A stretch of DNA of 63,172 nucleotides, filler included, from Choristocarpus tenellus KU-1152 (GCA_964200185.2; 12 parts of 12 records of this genome joined end to end with filler, not necessarily neighbours in it), one strand, 5' to 3'; positions 1 to 12,822 are shown, numbered from the whole stretch's first letter. Numbers and translations are program-made. The notes: generated by a model from the letters alone, not told the origin.

Positions 1-399
1 GTATTTCAGTTGAGCTCTACACAACGTTCATGTATGGTGGTCCATGTATGGTAGGGACCTGATATTGGATCATCCGTTGATATATCATTTGTGGCACGTA
101 TGATAGGCAGATATGATTATTTTCTGATTATCCATGTGGACGTTGCAAATCCCAAATGGTAGTCTGCACTTGTCTCACACACGAATTCAGTCAGCGGAAT
201 CGAGACCACAGGCCCCTTGTAATATTAACTTTGCATGTCTACATCAAGCTATTCATTGTCTTTCATCAAAGCACCAAAGCCGCGGGTCCAGTGTGGAATA
301 TTTCAACTCAAACACCGTACACATTACCACTTGAGTAGTTTTTGTGGTGATTACCCTGGAATTTTGAATCTTTGGTTTTTCTACATCACAGAATAAGTG

Positions 400-2072
400 C
401 TTCCTCCTTTCGGAAAAAAATGTAATGTAACTTTTGCTGGCTCCGTTCTCGCCTAGGAAGGACCCATACGATAAACCCTCTCCATGAGTCTTAGTTTTCA
501 TATAGATTGGGAGGCGTGCAAAGTTTGAAGCGGTGGGCTGTCATGACTGTGGAGGATCACTGGTGCAAAGTCGACCAAGTCCCATTTATAAACCTCGAGA
601 AACTGTCCGAACAGGTGCTTATTGGGATGCCTAGGATGAAGGACCCCCATCGTTTGAGCAGCTCACTCATCCTGTTGTCGCTGGTCTATCCCAATTCATC
701 GGCCTACAAATCTGTCCCGAGTCCAGACTCAAATACCCCGATGAAGAACAGTGTGGTGGCACAATGCCTGGAGGTGAGAGGGTACAAAACCCGGATGTCT
801 CAGGGGACAGCAGCGACCATTGCGGAGGACTTTGGAACTTCTCGAATCACCGTATTTCATCACCTCAAGAAATATGACAACCAGACCGCACAGGGTGAAT
901 GAATGGACCTTGTATGACGTAGCAAGAGGCGGTGTGGCCGCCATAAAAGTATCCTTGGTGTTTGGGATGTCCCACCAGTACACCGCATATCCTCCTGCAA
1001 ATGGGCGGCCAAAGCTGGGGTGTCTTTTGCCTTGTTGTGGGATCCGTACAAGGTGAAGGTCAAGCAGTGGATCTATAAGGTCCTCTCAGACCAGCAGAAA
1101 GTCTTAGGTATGTTTCATCATTAGCCACACGCACAGGACGGGAGGGAGTGGGGTATTGGTGGACGATCTATATGACTGGGTGCATGCGGACGAGAATTGG
1201 TTTACATCCTCAAAAGATGGGCAAGGTATGTACCTGCACCCCACTGAGGACGACCCCAAACGCCCATGGGCACAGAATAAGTGTTGAAATACGAAGGTGA
1301 TGTTCCTTGCAGCTGTGGCCTGCCATAAGAAGCTCTCTAACGGGGTGTGGTTCAATGGGAAAACCGGGATCTCATCAATTGTGGACAAACGTTGCTTAGC
1401 GCTCCAGCAAACACCGCCCCAAGGGCACCAAGGTGTTTGTGCCAACAGCCATGGTGGACGGGGAGAGGTACAACAAGCTCATGGTGGAGGTACGAAATCG
1501 AGGTCCGGAGCCAGAACGATACGCCATCTTTGTGTGGCAGGTTGGGGCGAAGCCACACACCAAGGGGAGGATCATGGAGGCAATTGAGGAAGCAGTGGAG
1601 GACAACACTGTCATAGAGACCCAACCAGCTAACTCACCTGACCTCAACGTCAACGACTTGGGATCCGTCCATTACATCCAACAACAGAAGGAAGGTGTGG
1701 GGGTGGTCAACACAAAGGATCTGGAGCCCAGAATAGAGGTGTTGGATGTGTAGCCTCGGGAGACACTAGAGCGTGTCTGGCAGAGCCTCTTCACAGTCTA
1801 AGGTGAAGTACCGGGGTCCAAGGGCGACAAAGTCTTCAAAATTCCCATCTTAGCAAGGAAAAGATTGAGAAAGCGGGCAAGCTCCCCCTCGAATGCCCCA
1901 GTGGACGCAGCGAAATACCGTGCTGGAATGAATGTTTTGGAGGGCTTCGGAGGAGGAATCATAGGTATCTGTAGGCTATTCCATTTTGCCTGAGATTTGT
2001 TTTGATGTGAGGAAAATCTTGGTTCTTGATGGCCTACAAAAGTTATGTTACATTTAATTCCTACAGAGGAAG
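400..2072 (+). mobile_element. Decayed Tc1/mariner element, DD39D (plant-type, Stowaway-like TIR) family
   Basis: Imperfect ~40-bp TIRs: CTTCCTCCTTTCGGAAAAAAATGTAATGTAACTTTTG at 400 and the reverse complement CTTCCTCTGTAGGAATTAAATGTAACATAACTTTTG ending 2072. Followed by TA on the right and preceded by TG on the left. Internal transposase remnants. Confidence 0.85.
627..1950 (+). pseudogene. DD39D mariner transposase pseudogene
   Basis: HTH-like segment TIAEDFGTSRITVF, then WVHADENWFY, KVMFLAAVA, WQVGAKPH (second catalytic D changed to V) and QPANSPDLNVNDLG. Motifs are spread over several frames with stops. Confidence 0.85.
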
Positions 2073-2811
2073 TAGTAAGTAATAGTAGTAGTAGTAGTAA
2101 ATCCGTTCGGTTAGGCCTTCACTATTTCTATCGATCAGTATGCACGATACAAGTCTAGAAAAGTGATGAAGACAAAACAACCATCAATTTTCAATGCAGG
2201 TATCAGTAACCATTAGTATGAATCGGGTGATTCTGTGGTCGCGTGGTTCACTCAGTCAAGGGTGGTGAAGAAACTCACCAGGCAAGACGGATGAGACGAC
2301 CAAGACAAACCGTAACCGAGATAACGAGGTTAAGGTTGGACGAGTGTAAGACTGAAAGGACTTGCAGGAAAAAGTGTGGAACTGAGGAAGTAGGGAGGAT
2401 CACGATTCGGATGGGTTTCAGAAAGAAACATTTCAGAGATGGGAGATTCGACTTCAGAAAAACGTACTCATAAAGAGACGTTACTGGAAGACAGGGAAAC
2501 CTATCACTCCGAATATCCTCCACACAGTTGAACCGAAGTTTTCAGAAAACAACCTCATTCGATATAACGGTATATAGCATGCGGCAATAACGGTATAACA
2601 ACGGACAAGCTTGCTTTCTACATCAACAGTGGTAGTTGCAGCGTATGATAGACCTCTACAGGTAACTAAAATAGTAACTAGATCAAAGTTTTTAACATTT
2701 TGTGACAGCTGCTACTATTTTAGGGATTTTTCTGACACGTGAATACTTTTGATTGTTTTTCCCCTCACACGTCTCCAAAATGTCAGAGGGAATAATAACA
2801 AACTGACCTTC

Positions 2812-3221
2812 TTGAGGTAGGCATTGCCCTGAATATGGACAAGACTTTTGCCGCACCTCCCCAGGGCCACCAAACCACGACCTTAGAACTGGAGCTTCTT
2901 TCTACAGCGGGAATCAACCAAGCTCAGAACCCAAATGGGTTTGTTACATTGGGGACTTCTGTAGGAACAGATGGTTTCATCCAAGCCCATATGGCTGGGA
3001 TGTTCGAGAGCTCTGGGTCACGAAGTTTGGGCACATACCTCAGTGAGATGGAGGACAAACAGATGTCCTGACTCCTCAACTCCTGGTACCTCTCCTTTTG
3101 GCTAGGCTATCTTGCTAGGGTCATTCCCCCCCACCTGGCATACTCCATCACGGAGCAAGCGGACAACACCTCGTTATGGACACTAGAGAAGATAATGGAG
3201 GTAGCAGATTCAACAGAGGCA
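2812..3221 (+). mobile_element. Non-LTR retrotransposon (CRE/RLE-like) reverse-transcriptase C-terminal remnant
   Basis: GFVTLGTSVGTDGFI...EMEDKQMS*LLNSWYLSFWLGYLARVIPP resembles the LG.PIG...F / Q..LLL....L.YL.R..PP pattern. Contains an internal stop and is truncated by a TIR element at 3222. Confidence 0.55.
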
Positions 3222-3442
3222 GGGTCAAAGTATCTGGGGGGGGGTGTCGGCGTCCGTTTTTCACCCTTTTTTCGATTTTCACTTTTTTGGTNNNNNNNNN
3301 NNNNNNNNNNNNNNNNNNNNNNNNNNNNNNNNNNNTTAATTAATTAANNNNNNNNNNNNNNNNNNNNNNNNNNNNNNNNNNNNNNNNNNNNATCTGTGAA
3401 AAACGGACGCCGACACCCCCACCCCCCCAGATACTTTGACCC
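3222..3442. mobile_element. TIR element ends (GGGTCAAAGTATCTGGGG family) on both sides of an assembly gap
   Basis: GGGTCAAAGTATCTGG..GTGTCGGCGTCCGTTTTTCAC at 3222 and its inverted match ending 3442. The interior is lost in the spacer and there is no TSD. Confidence 0.7.
3292..3391. other. Artificial contig spacer N44-TTAATTAATTAA-N44 (first of 11)
   Basis: Identical 100-bp spacers start at 3292, 5958, 8638, 13411, 16972, 19780, 22782, 33947, 37416, 54055 and 58995. The core has stops in all six frames. Confidence 0.97.
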
Positions 3443-3654
3443 AGTATTTGAAGTTGAACTATTTTTGAATCTCTTGGCTTCACCATCCAAGGGTAACAAA
3501 AACATGCTGCTATAGATTGAGGTGACGATAACTCTTGTCCTAGCCTATGACAATCGCCTGTGGTAAACATGAAATATGTAACCTAGTTCACGCTGGGGGG
3601 CATGTTACAGGCGCTTAGCGTATGAACTGCTTACGCACTCTAACCGGTGCGACC

Positions 3655-4372
3655 AGTCTTGCCATGACACTCCCTATTTTTATGTTATTTGTGAGACATT
3701 CTATTTGTTTGTACCTTCATAGTTCCTAGGGAGTGTAAGCCTTTCTATGCCAGTACCCTATTTCTTTGTGACTGTGAGACATTATCATGGTGTCCTGCAG
3801 TTGTTTTCGTTAATAGTTCTGAAGGGGGAGAGTCTATGGCAGTACCTTAATTCAGTGTCAATGTGATTTTCTGTATGTATTATTTGAGTTGATAGTGTTG
3901 AAGGAGCGGAGTCTTACTGTGACAGCACCCTAATATTATGTTTTTGTGAGATATTTTTGTCTGTATTTGTATATATGCTCATGAGTCAAAGTATCTTAGA
4001 GGGTAGAGCCGCGTCCATTTGGGGGCCAAAATCCAATGTTGCGATTGTGATGTGATTTTGCCTATCGTGTTTGTTGGGAAGTGCCAATATCCATGTTCCA
4101 GATACAAATTTTCAGAACATACACATTTTACCTACTCCGAAACATTTTGGAGTAGGAAAATGCCATAAAAGAACCCATGAGAAACCAAGCCACAAACGGG
4201 GCAAAACCCGTACCCTCTAAGATACTTTGACTCTCATAGTTCTTTGGGAGGGTAAGCCTTTCTATGGCAACATCCTATTTCTTTGTGCTGTGAGACAATC
4301 TTGTTGCGTCTGTATTTCTTTTGTGTTCCATGGTTTTGAAAGGGGGAGAGTCGTTTTATGACAGTACCCCAT
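3655..4372. repeat. Degenerate ~90-bp tandem repeat interrupted by a MITE
   Basis: Recurring (c)tatggcagtaccctattt...tgtgagacatt cores near 3660, 3745, 3835, 3915, 4262 and 4355. Confidence 0.55.
3983..4233. mobile_element. MITE family A
   Basis: Perfect 23-bp TIR GAGTCAAAGTATCTTAGAGGGTA with TCAT duplicated on both flanks. Homologous to the copies at 14051, 15523, 15650 and 62695. Confidence 0.92.
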
Positions 4373-4574
4373 TCTGACACGAGTTTGAGACTCTGGTTTA
4401 GGAGGTTCTCTCTTGAACGTTGAGTCAAGTTGCAGAGTGAGTGCCGTGAAGCGCGAGTGTCACGCTAGCATATCTGTCATCAGGGCAAATGTTGAAAGGG
4501 GGGTTTTCCTTCAGGTTTCCTCCTCCGTTGGATCCCCAACGCTGCCTACTGATATGTGAGGACCTGGAAGTGAC

Positions 4575-4596
4575 ATTAGTTTAATATCTGATACGT
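4575..4596 (+). other. U2 snRNA stem-loop IIa-like fragment (not a full gene)
   Basis: AGTTTAATATCTGATACGT matches the U2 stem IIa region and the ATTAG/CTGAT stem is retained. The 5' part with the GTAGTA branch-recognition sequence is absent. Confidence 0.5.
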
Positions 4597-4849
4597 TCAT
4601 GATGGGATAAGGATTGACACTTTATTTCCTTGTCCAATTGCCTATTCTTTGTATTGAAGCAGTCCCGCTTCATGCTGGAGGGCATGTTAGAGGCGATATG
4701 TCTTAATAGAAGTTCACGAACGCCTTTACGACCTTAAAGTCCTAGACTTTATATATATGTACTTCTTGACTACCTATTTATTATTTAATCATTATGAGGC
4801 CAAACACTTGGAACGAGCTGATGTCCAGTCCTTTCTGTATCGTGAAAAC

Positions 4850-5109
4850 GAGTCAAAGCAAAGGAGAGGTACCCAGAGTTGCATCTTACGGATGCTGACA
4901 TATATGTCCAAAATTCGTCTATTTTTTCAACGCGTACAGGATATTTTATTGATTTTGTCAAAAATTTTCAAACAATGGAGAAATCAACGTTCTCAAGCTA
5001 AAGTTAGGACTTCACCCATAGAAATATGGGTGAACTGTGGAAGATAAAAAAAAACTGTCCTAAAATACAAAACGACCAAAACATGGATACCTCACGTTTA
5101 CTTTGACTC
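4850..5109. mobile_element. MITE family B
   Basis: Termini GAGTCAAAGCAAA..GAGGTA and TACCTC..TTTACTTTGACTC, with AAAAC on both flanks. Homologous to 25581 and 32541. Confidence 0.88.
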
Positions 5110-6858
5110 AAAACCATAAAGGGAATAATCGAAGTGAGAGATCCAGCATAATTGACGACATTTGCATTATGGAGCCTTTCAGCTTCATCACTCACATACA
5201 TCCTTGTGGACTGGAGCTACACATCCCATCATGATAAGCTTTGCGGAGTGATTTGTAACATTAATACTATGATAATACCCTCTTGCAGTGTCCATATTTT
5301 CTGCAAAGAAAATCTAACTTTGATTGAACAACCTCCGAAGTGTGTTGGGAAGGCACACCTGTACCTTACTATCTTGCGCCAAACCACAAAACGTGACGCG
5401 CTGGAAGATCTGCATCGAGGTGGTGAAGGTTAATTGTAGAGATGAGTCCCTACGTACCAGATTCGGGGAAGGAGGCGGAGTGACGAACGGTGACCCAACA
5501 CTCGAGAAAAAACCAAGGCACGCACAGGGCCGTGCCATTAGTTGCAGTACAACAAATGGTTCTTAGAGTAGAAGTTGTACAGTTTACACTGCTGTCTTAT
5601 TATTCTCAGGAGTTCCAGACACATCCGTGCTGAGAAGAGTCGTGGAAAGAAGGGAATACTACACACCTGTTTGAGATAAGGCAGCAATGCCCACAAAACA
5701 AAAACAAAGGAGTGGAAGAAAAATAAAAAATAAAAAAATAAAATGGAAAACAGAATCCCTAGAAGAAAAACACCATCACCCAAAAGCGTAAGACGAAGAT
5801 AAGATATGAACGAAGGATGCAAGAGTATATAAGCCCAAAAAGAAACATTCAGCAGATTGTGATGGTTGTAGTGGTGACTTGGGCGACCTGTTACAGGCGC
5901 CCCTCAATCTCACCTTCCAGGATGTACAACTCAAATCCAACGACCTCAAAACGATGCNNNNNNNNNNNNNNNNNNNNNNNNNNNNNNNNNNNNNNNNNNN
6001 NTTAATTAATTAANNNNNNNNNNNNNNNNNNNNNNNNNNNNNNNNNNNNNNNNNNNNTGTTCCATTACTCCATACATATTTCACCGTAACTGTCCAATAG
6101 AGTTGGAAGAGTCTAATCGAACAACCCGTTCATTCCATCCACAAGTTCTTAGGCAATAGAGTTCCCTCGTAACATAAAAAATCCAAAAGTTTGAAGAAGG
6201 ACTGAAAAATTTGATATTTGTTCCAATTATGTTAGAATATCGCATCATAGTGTATCAACATGAACGTTTTGTGCCAGTTCCGTATCAGCGTCAAATCACC
6301 CAAAAACAAATTTGATACCCATCACTAGTTCAACCTTAAATCGCACTCACAGAAACGGACATCGGTGACAGACACATGTTGTGTGGTATGACTATCCATC
6401 AGAAGAGAGTTGAAAAGAAGGTGACCTCAAAATAAACCATGCTACTCTGTCCATAGTAAATATTTTAGTCATCTTTGTTGCCACATCGATATATTTTTTA
6501 ATCCACATATAATAATGGTTTGAATGAACCGGTCAAATAGGGCTCAATCCTCTCTGTTGAAGTAATATCTACCCACTATCATTAAAAATAAAAAGGAGCA
6601 CAAACGATTGCAAAAGGTCACTACGCACAAGTCACACTCTATATAAACCCCATCAAATCACATGTTTTGTCTCGAAATCTCCAGGGATTTTCAGTGCGTT
6701 CAAAAACAAAATGTTTTGTAAAGGAGGTGCAGATAGATGAGAATCTAAAGGAAACCCTCCTCAACCTTGCTGGTATCGGAAAAAGGGGTGAGGTGAGCTC
6801 GCCCAACCCTTCCTCCTCGCCCCCTCCGACTACTACAACAAAAAGGAACACTGCCGCT

Positions 6859-7297
6859 CTAAGTCTCAAATGCTGTCAAATCAGTCTCAAGAACCTGCAC
6901 AGCCCACCCACGAAGCCCCTCCATCGATGGAGAGAACCAGGGCTCAACATCATCCCCAACACCCTGAACTACCCCTTGCCCCCTAAGATGACGACTGAGC
7001 AATGCCAGTCCTCCTTTCAGGGTTCTCAGCCCAGAGTGGGCCCCTGCCAACTCATACACTAGTGCTGCAGCCTGAACATGCAATCCAGCACAGGCCAATG
7101 CAAGAGTGAGAAACTCTGCTGATGAGGTGGGCGGCAATACCGGCGGCTGGATGATATGCTTAGGTGTTGTCTGCAGGAGCTCTGGGGAAGAAGACGAGGC
7201 TGAGGGCGGCAGCACCCGTGGTGAAGGGACTGCATCTAAGATGACGGAGACAAGGCTTGGGTACATGGGGCTCTTGAGGAACTGTCTGAGCGAGGAG
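6859..7297 (-). CDS. Probable terminal exon, possibly the C-terminus of the TTC38-like gene
   Basis: Open frame after a pyrimidine tract and CAG (7298-7300), ending in a stop. Helical segment FLTLALACAGLHVQAAALVYEL. The phase does not join directly to exon 8171-8328. Confidence 0.4.
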
Positions 7298-8170
7298 CTG
7301 TGTGTGGGGTGGTGGGAAGGCAAAGGTGGGATGAGTGGGGAGGGAGTTATTAATAGCATGATAATGGTGGTCGTGGAGTAAGGACAGGAGTGAGAGGGAC
7401 TTTTGTGAGTATATGACATGCGTACATATATCCATACACACACACACATATATATATATATGTCATACGCACTCAGGTGTTTCAAAGTGAATTTATTAGT
7501 TGTCAATGGAAAATAGAGAGCAACCCCCCCGTCTTCGGCTAATTTCTCCAGTGGTGATCAGAACAGTTGGTCAGTGGATGGTACGTACAACCGTCTTGTG
7601 GTGTACTATTGACTATTGTCATTGATAGTAGATAGATACTATCTATACACAGTCATACCATGGTTAATGTTTTGAAGTACTACTATTGTCATTATTATTA
7701 TCGACGCTGGGGAGGAATGGCTTGCCACTTTCTTAGTAGCTGGGAGGCGATGAACAAATAACCCCTTGCAAATGACAACCATCATCTCCATTTAATACGT
7801 CATACTACGCAGTACTCCCCCATTTAGTATACAATAAAAAATTAATTCAATTTTAGACTACTCAGGTCGAATTCTTACTAAAAAAAAAAGGAGCTATCCT
7901 AAGGGTAACGTGCGTTCTGTGTCAAACAAGAGGGTGACGAAAAAAATAGTACTACAAAAAAAAGAAAATATAAACATTAAAAAAAAAATCAGTGAACACA
8001 TCAAAAGAAAGAAAGACACGCACAAGTAGAGTGCGTACCGCCTTCTAGATCGTGGCGCGTGTAAAAGCAAACTCGTCCAATCGATGTCTTTATTCTCCCC
8101 CCTCCCCCCTTCCCCCCCCTCCCCCCCTCCCATTTTTCCTTCTTCACATTTAAAAATGTATGCCTCTTAC

Positions 8171-8328
8171 CTCCATCTCATAAACATGAGCCATTGCATG
8201 CATTGCCCACACGTCTTTAGATTGCAAGGACAGTGCCGCATCAGCGTTCTCCTCAGCGGACAGGTAAGCCCCTGTCTCTGACAGTCCAAAGGCATACATA
8301 CCCAGGACATTGGCATAGCCACTCGTTG
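8171..8328 (-). CDS. TTC38: Internal exon of a tetratricopeptide repeat protein 38-like gene
   Basis: YANVLGMYAFGLSETGAYLSAEENADAALSLQSKDVWAMHAMAHVYEME matches the TTC38 G.YAFGL.E...Y..AE.....AL.....D.W..HA.AHV.EM motif. CAG acceptor and GTAAG donor. Confidence 0.8.
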
Positions 8329-8774
8329 CTGGCAGTCGGCAGGAAGACACCACAGAGAAGGGGAGAGGGTCGACTGAAACATGGCGGGGCACGGGGGTTT
8401 CTATTCCTGCCGAGAATATTGCTCAATTTTATAATCTTCCTTGAGGATTATAAATCTTTCCATTGACGTTAGAAGCGAAGTTGTCCCTAGCACCAAAATC
8501 GATTCACTATTAATTGTCTTGCGGTCAAGGCCAGCAAAAAATAATAATACATTTTTGGGTTTTAGGTTGATGACTTCGCAGGAAAACAGGGTCTTCGTAG
8601 GTCTTGCCTTTCATTAATGCTGTCAATAAAGACCCCCNNNNNNNNNNNNNNNNNNNNNNNNNNNNNNNNNNNNNNNNNNNNTTAATTAATTAANNNNNNN
8701 NNNNNNNNNNNNNNNNNNNNNNNNNNNNNNNNNNNNNTTGCGGGTGTGCTCTCCCCCTCTCAGAAAAAGCCGCG

Positions 8775-8807
<33 letters not shown>

Positions 8808-9081
8808 GATACTTTGACCCAAAACACAAGAAATTAGATTAATGCACTCCGATAAATCTGGTACATTTATATTTTTTTTACTTGGGTACCTGACTCTCTT
8901 TGAACATAAAGATTTTAAAAAATCAAAACTTTCATCGACGAATGAGCTGCGGATGAGCGCACTCGAGGCACTGTACTGTAGTTAAGATTTTTTTTTTAAT
9001 AAAAAAATGAACAAAAAAAAGTTCAGCTGCTGTGAAAAAAAAATGTACACTTAACCCTCAAGTTTAAATATCAAGGAGGCG

Positions 9082-9225
9082 TAGGGTTAGGGATAACGTA
9101 ACACAAATGACAGATAGGGTTAGGGATAATATACATAGATGAAGGATAGGGTTAGGTACAACATAAAACAAATAGAGGATAGGGTCAGGTACAAACACAA
9201 CACAAATGAAGGACAGGGTTAGGGA
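9082..9225. repeat. ~33-bp minisatellite with TAGGGTTAGG core, about 5 units
   Basis: tagggttagg(g/t)a(t/c)aa...aaatgaagga units at about 9082, 9115, 9146, 9180 and 9214. Confidence 0.8.
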
Positions 9226-9328
9226 CCCTTGACAAGGAGCAAGGTTAAGAGGATCAAAACCCCGTCGAACGGTACTACTAAGACTACTAAGACTACTAAC
9301 CTTGTTCTTATTTCTGTCTACTACTCAC

Positions 9329-9471
9329 CAGCTGTAGCAGGAGTGTTTTGTACCACCTTGTTCTTATTTCTGTTTTTTCGCTTGCTTAATACCATCGTAG
9401 ATATGGTCGTCGCTGGGGCTGCATGGATTGAGATGGACATGGACACAATCAACAGGTGGATAGGTTAGGAA

Positions 9472-9521
<50 letters not shown>

Positions 9522-10708
9522 TGTGTGTTGAGGTAATAATAGGAGTGTAGGGGAAAATAAGACAAGGGAGAATATGATGCATGTAGGTGACTGTGTAATC
9601 CAGACGTAATCCAAAATGTGGTATTAAATACAAACATATGTAAGCATGATTATATGTGCATAATAATGTAAGTATGACTATATGTAAATAATAATGGAAG
9701 TATGACTATATGTACACAATAAAGGAAGTATGATTATATGTACATAACTGACCTGGTAAAAACATTGTCATTTTAATAGTAGTATACATAACTGACATGG
9801 TAGGTGTGATCTATAAGCAATCAAGGTACACGGGTGATCCATGCTTACCAGTGCACAACATTACAATCACAATAGATGGATAGGTATGTATAATCACATA
9901 GTACGTATATAGATATATCTGTATGAAGTAGGAGCGGATGGATGGATGGATGGATGGATGGATGAGAGAGTGAGTGTGTTATCAGATTGTGGAGAGAATA
10001 AACGGAAGTAAAAAGAAATTACTCTGTTGGAAAGATACACACCACTTCAACAGATTGCTACTACTAATAGTAGTAATGTCATCAATACTACATTTCTTTT
10101 TACAGTTTGACAGACCACTAGCCACATTTCTCTCATTTATTATTATATATTATTTTTCCCTTTGTGTGTCGGTTCGCAAGACTCAAAAAAAAAAAAGACA
10201 TTGACAAACACCCAAAAAAAAATCTATCATTTGGTACTAAATAATTAAAGAACAATAGCTAACCGGTCTTGCAACGTTAATAGTCACGAAACAATGACAG
10301 CATTAATAGTTTACAGTATTGATACTTGACAGTATCAATAGTTTACAATATTAACAATTGACAGTATTAATAGTTTACAGTATTGATACTTGACAGTATC
10401 AATAGTTTACACTATTAACAATTGACAGTATTAATAGTATACAGTAATAGTAGTTGACAGTACTAATAGTTTATAGTATTAGTAGTTGACAGTATCAATA
10501 GTTTACAGTAATAGATCATAGCATCAACAGTTTACAATATTAATCATACTGGCTGTATCAATAGTTGACAGTAATAGTAGTTGACAGTAATAGTAGTTGA
10601 CAGCATAAATAATTGACAGTATTAATAGTTGTAACAATCACAATATAATAGTCACTTGTCTATGAAAAGGACAGTCCAAGTAACAATTATCGAATACCAT
10701 CTCCAATC

Positions 10709-10743
<35 letters not shown>

Positions 10744-11538
10744 GCAATACAGACAATGGAAAACACACCTTTGACAATCCAACTGTCAACACTATGTTAT
10801 ACCTGTAACACTAAAACAAAAAAATGTATAATCTGCTATGTACGTAACAGTGAGGGAAATGCCAAAATGAAGGTGTTTTTCTAATTTAGTGTAACTTAGT
10901 GTTACAAAAGTGTTAACTTAGTGTTACGAAGATGTTAACATAGTGTTGCAAAATCGTTAACATAATGTTACGAAACCTTCAACATAACGTTACAAAATCC
11001 TTAACATAAGTGTTACAAAATAGTTAACAGAGTGCTACAAAAGTGTTAACACAGCATTGCAAAGTGCTACAATATAGTGTTATGAAAGCGTTACAATAAT
11101 GTTTAATGGTGTGCAACATCTGTGTAACATATTTGATCCATTTCAACAACAGAGCAAACAAGAATCATACTTACACATATCATACACATCATCATCTACA
11201 AATTCAAGACCTCATCTCTTCTTCTTTTATATAATCATAGAAAAAAAATAAAATCCTTCCATGAGGAACACACAAACTTCAAGAACAAACAACAAGAACA
11301 AAAAATAATAATAAAAATAATAATAAAAATAAATAAGAACATCATCACACTGGAAAAAACCTAAGACCACAATTTGACATAACCTAAAATGGTATCCTAC
11401 GAACAGAACAGACTACAAGCATCTCAAACAATTACATCATCGATTATGATATTTTTTATTAACTTGTATCTTCTTTTTTTTCTCAAAAAAAAATAAAAAA
11501 ACAACTTGAATAAAGCAAGCGACTTTCAAATCCACTTC

Positions 11539-11569
<31 letters not shown>

Positions 11570-12299
11570 GTAGCAACAGCAACGATAATATGTCAATGTT
11601 ATCATCACTCCAGAGCACTCCAGAGCCCCCTCCATCTGAGAGGGGGGGGGGGATATAGGCCTATTCCTAAGCACTCAAACCTCAAAAATTCTCCTCCCTG
11701 ACACCACATTCACGCCTGAGATGCAGCCAAGCCTAACCCCTTATTAAGAGGCTAACTTTGGCCTTAGAAGAGGAAACGAACATCCATCCATACAAGCACA
11801 CAATCATCAAACTGTCTTCTAGACATGGATACACTCAAAGGCATGCATGCAGGCAGGGGGCAATGTCACTCTTACTGCAGTCCACATTCCCTCCAATCCC
11901 CATTCTATTCTGAACTATCACATCATACTGCCAAGGGTTAGGGCCTAGGCCCGGGCAGAGTCCTAACAGACCGATAGCGGAATAAAAAAGAGTCAGTCCA
12001 CATCATAACTATCATATCGTACTGCCAAGGGTTAGGGCCAGGCAGAGTCATAACATATCAATAGTGGAATAGAAAAGAGTCAGTTCACATCATAACTATT
12101 ATATCGTACTGTCAAGGGTTAGGGCCAGGCAGAGTTTGTACCACCCCCGATCGTTCAATAAAAAGAGCCAGTCCACCAACAACAGATGAAAAGAGCCAGT
12201 CCATTGCCCCTCACCAACATTGTTCATGGTGGGTGAAGCCTTGGTGTCTGACGCGATCCTGATCACAAAACGTTGCCCCTGATGTCGTTGACTCACTTC
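9329..12299 (-). CDS. Two exons (12299-12215, 9418-9329) of a putative CudA-like DNA-binding protein
   Basis: The phase-compatible splice gives EVSQRHQGQRFVIRIASDTKASPTMNNV-APATTISTMVLSKRKNRNKNK. This resembles the VS..H..Q.F.I.I...P..S....V.SKR motif of CudA-like domains. Both donors are GTGAG. Confidence 0.6.
9642..9750. repeat. 28-bp minisatellite, about 4 units (intronic)
   Basis: Variants of aagtatgactatatgtaaataataatgg. Confidence 0.8.
10290..10635. repeat. 16-bp minisatellite, about 20 units (intronic)
   Basis: Variants of tt(g/t)acagtattaatag. Confidence 0.85.
10885..11130. repeat. 22-bp minisatellite (intronic)
   Basis: Variants of aacatagtgttacaaaa(g/t)tgtt. Confidence 0.8.
11912..12200. 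repeat. ~90-bp tandem repeat, 3 units, containing GGGTTAGGG (intronic)
   Basis: aactatca..tcgtactgccaagggttagggcc..ggcagagt at about 11913, 12007 and 12094. Confidence 0.85.
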
Positions 12300-12405
12300 C
12301 TTGATACGAAACTAATAATAATAATAAAATTATTATTATTATTATTATTATTATTATGATAACAAATATAGTAAAAAATAAAATAATAATATTGAAAAAC
12401 ACAAC

Positions 12406-12441
<36 letters not shown>

Positions 12442-12772
12442 GCAAAAGAGATTAGAGGGTCAAAACTGTGATCTACTGGAGATACCATGCAATATCATCA
12501 CAAACGAAACGAAATACTATCAAAATTCACTGCCATACAATACTTTACTGTTTCAAGGGATTGTTCTCACACATACATACACATAATACATATACACACA
12601 TAATACATACATACATACTGAACGTATTCGTTTTTCGCCACCTTACATCATCGCCATCGCCAATCAAAAAAATATTATTTATTATATTATTAATTATATT
12701 ATTACTTACAATTATTATTATTATTATTGGCAAACGAGAAAAAATCATCAGAAAAAATATATATATATTCTT

Positions 12773-12822
12773 CCCAACCCTAAACCCAACCCTAACCCCA
12801 ACCCTAACCCTAACCCTAACCC
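12773..12822 (-). repeat. Interstitial telomere-like (TTAGGG)n tract
   Basis: cccaaccctaaacccaaccctaaccccaaccctaaccctaaccctaaccc. Shorter tracts occur at 13214, 23663, 25422, 36459, 41778 and 46644. Confidence 0.75.
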
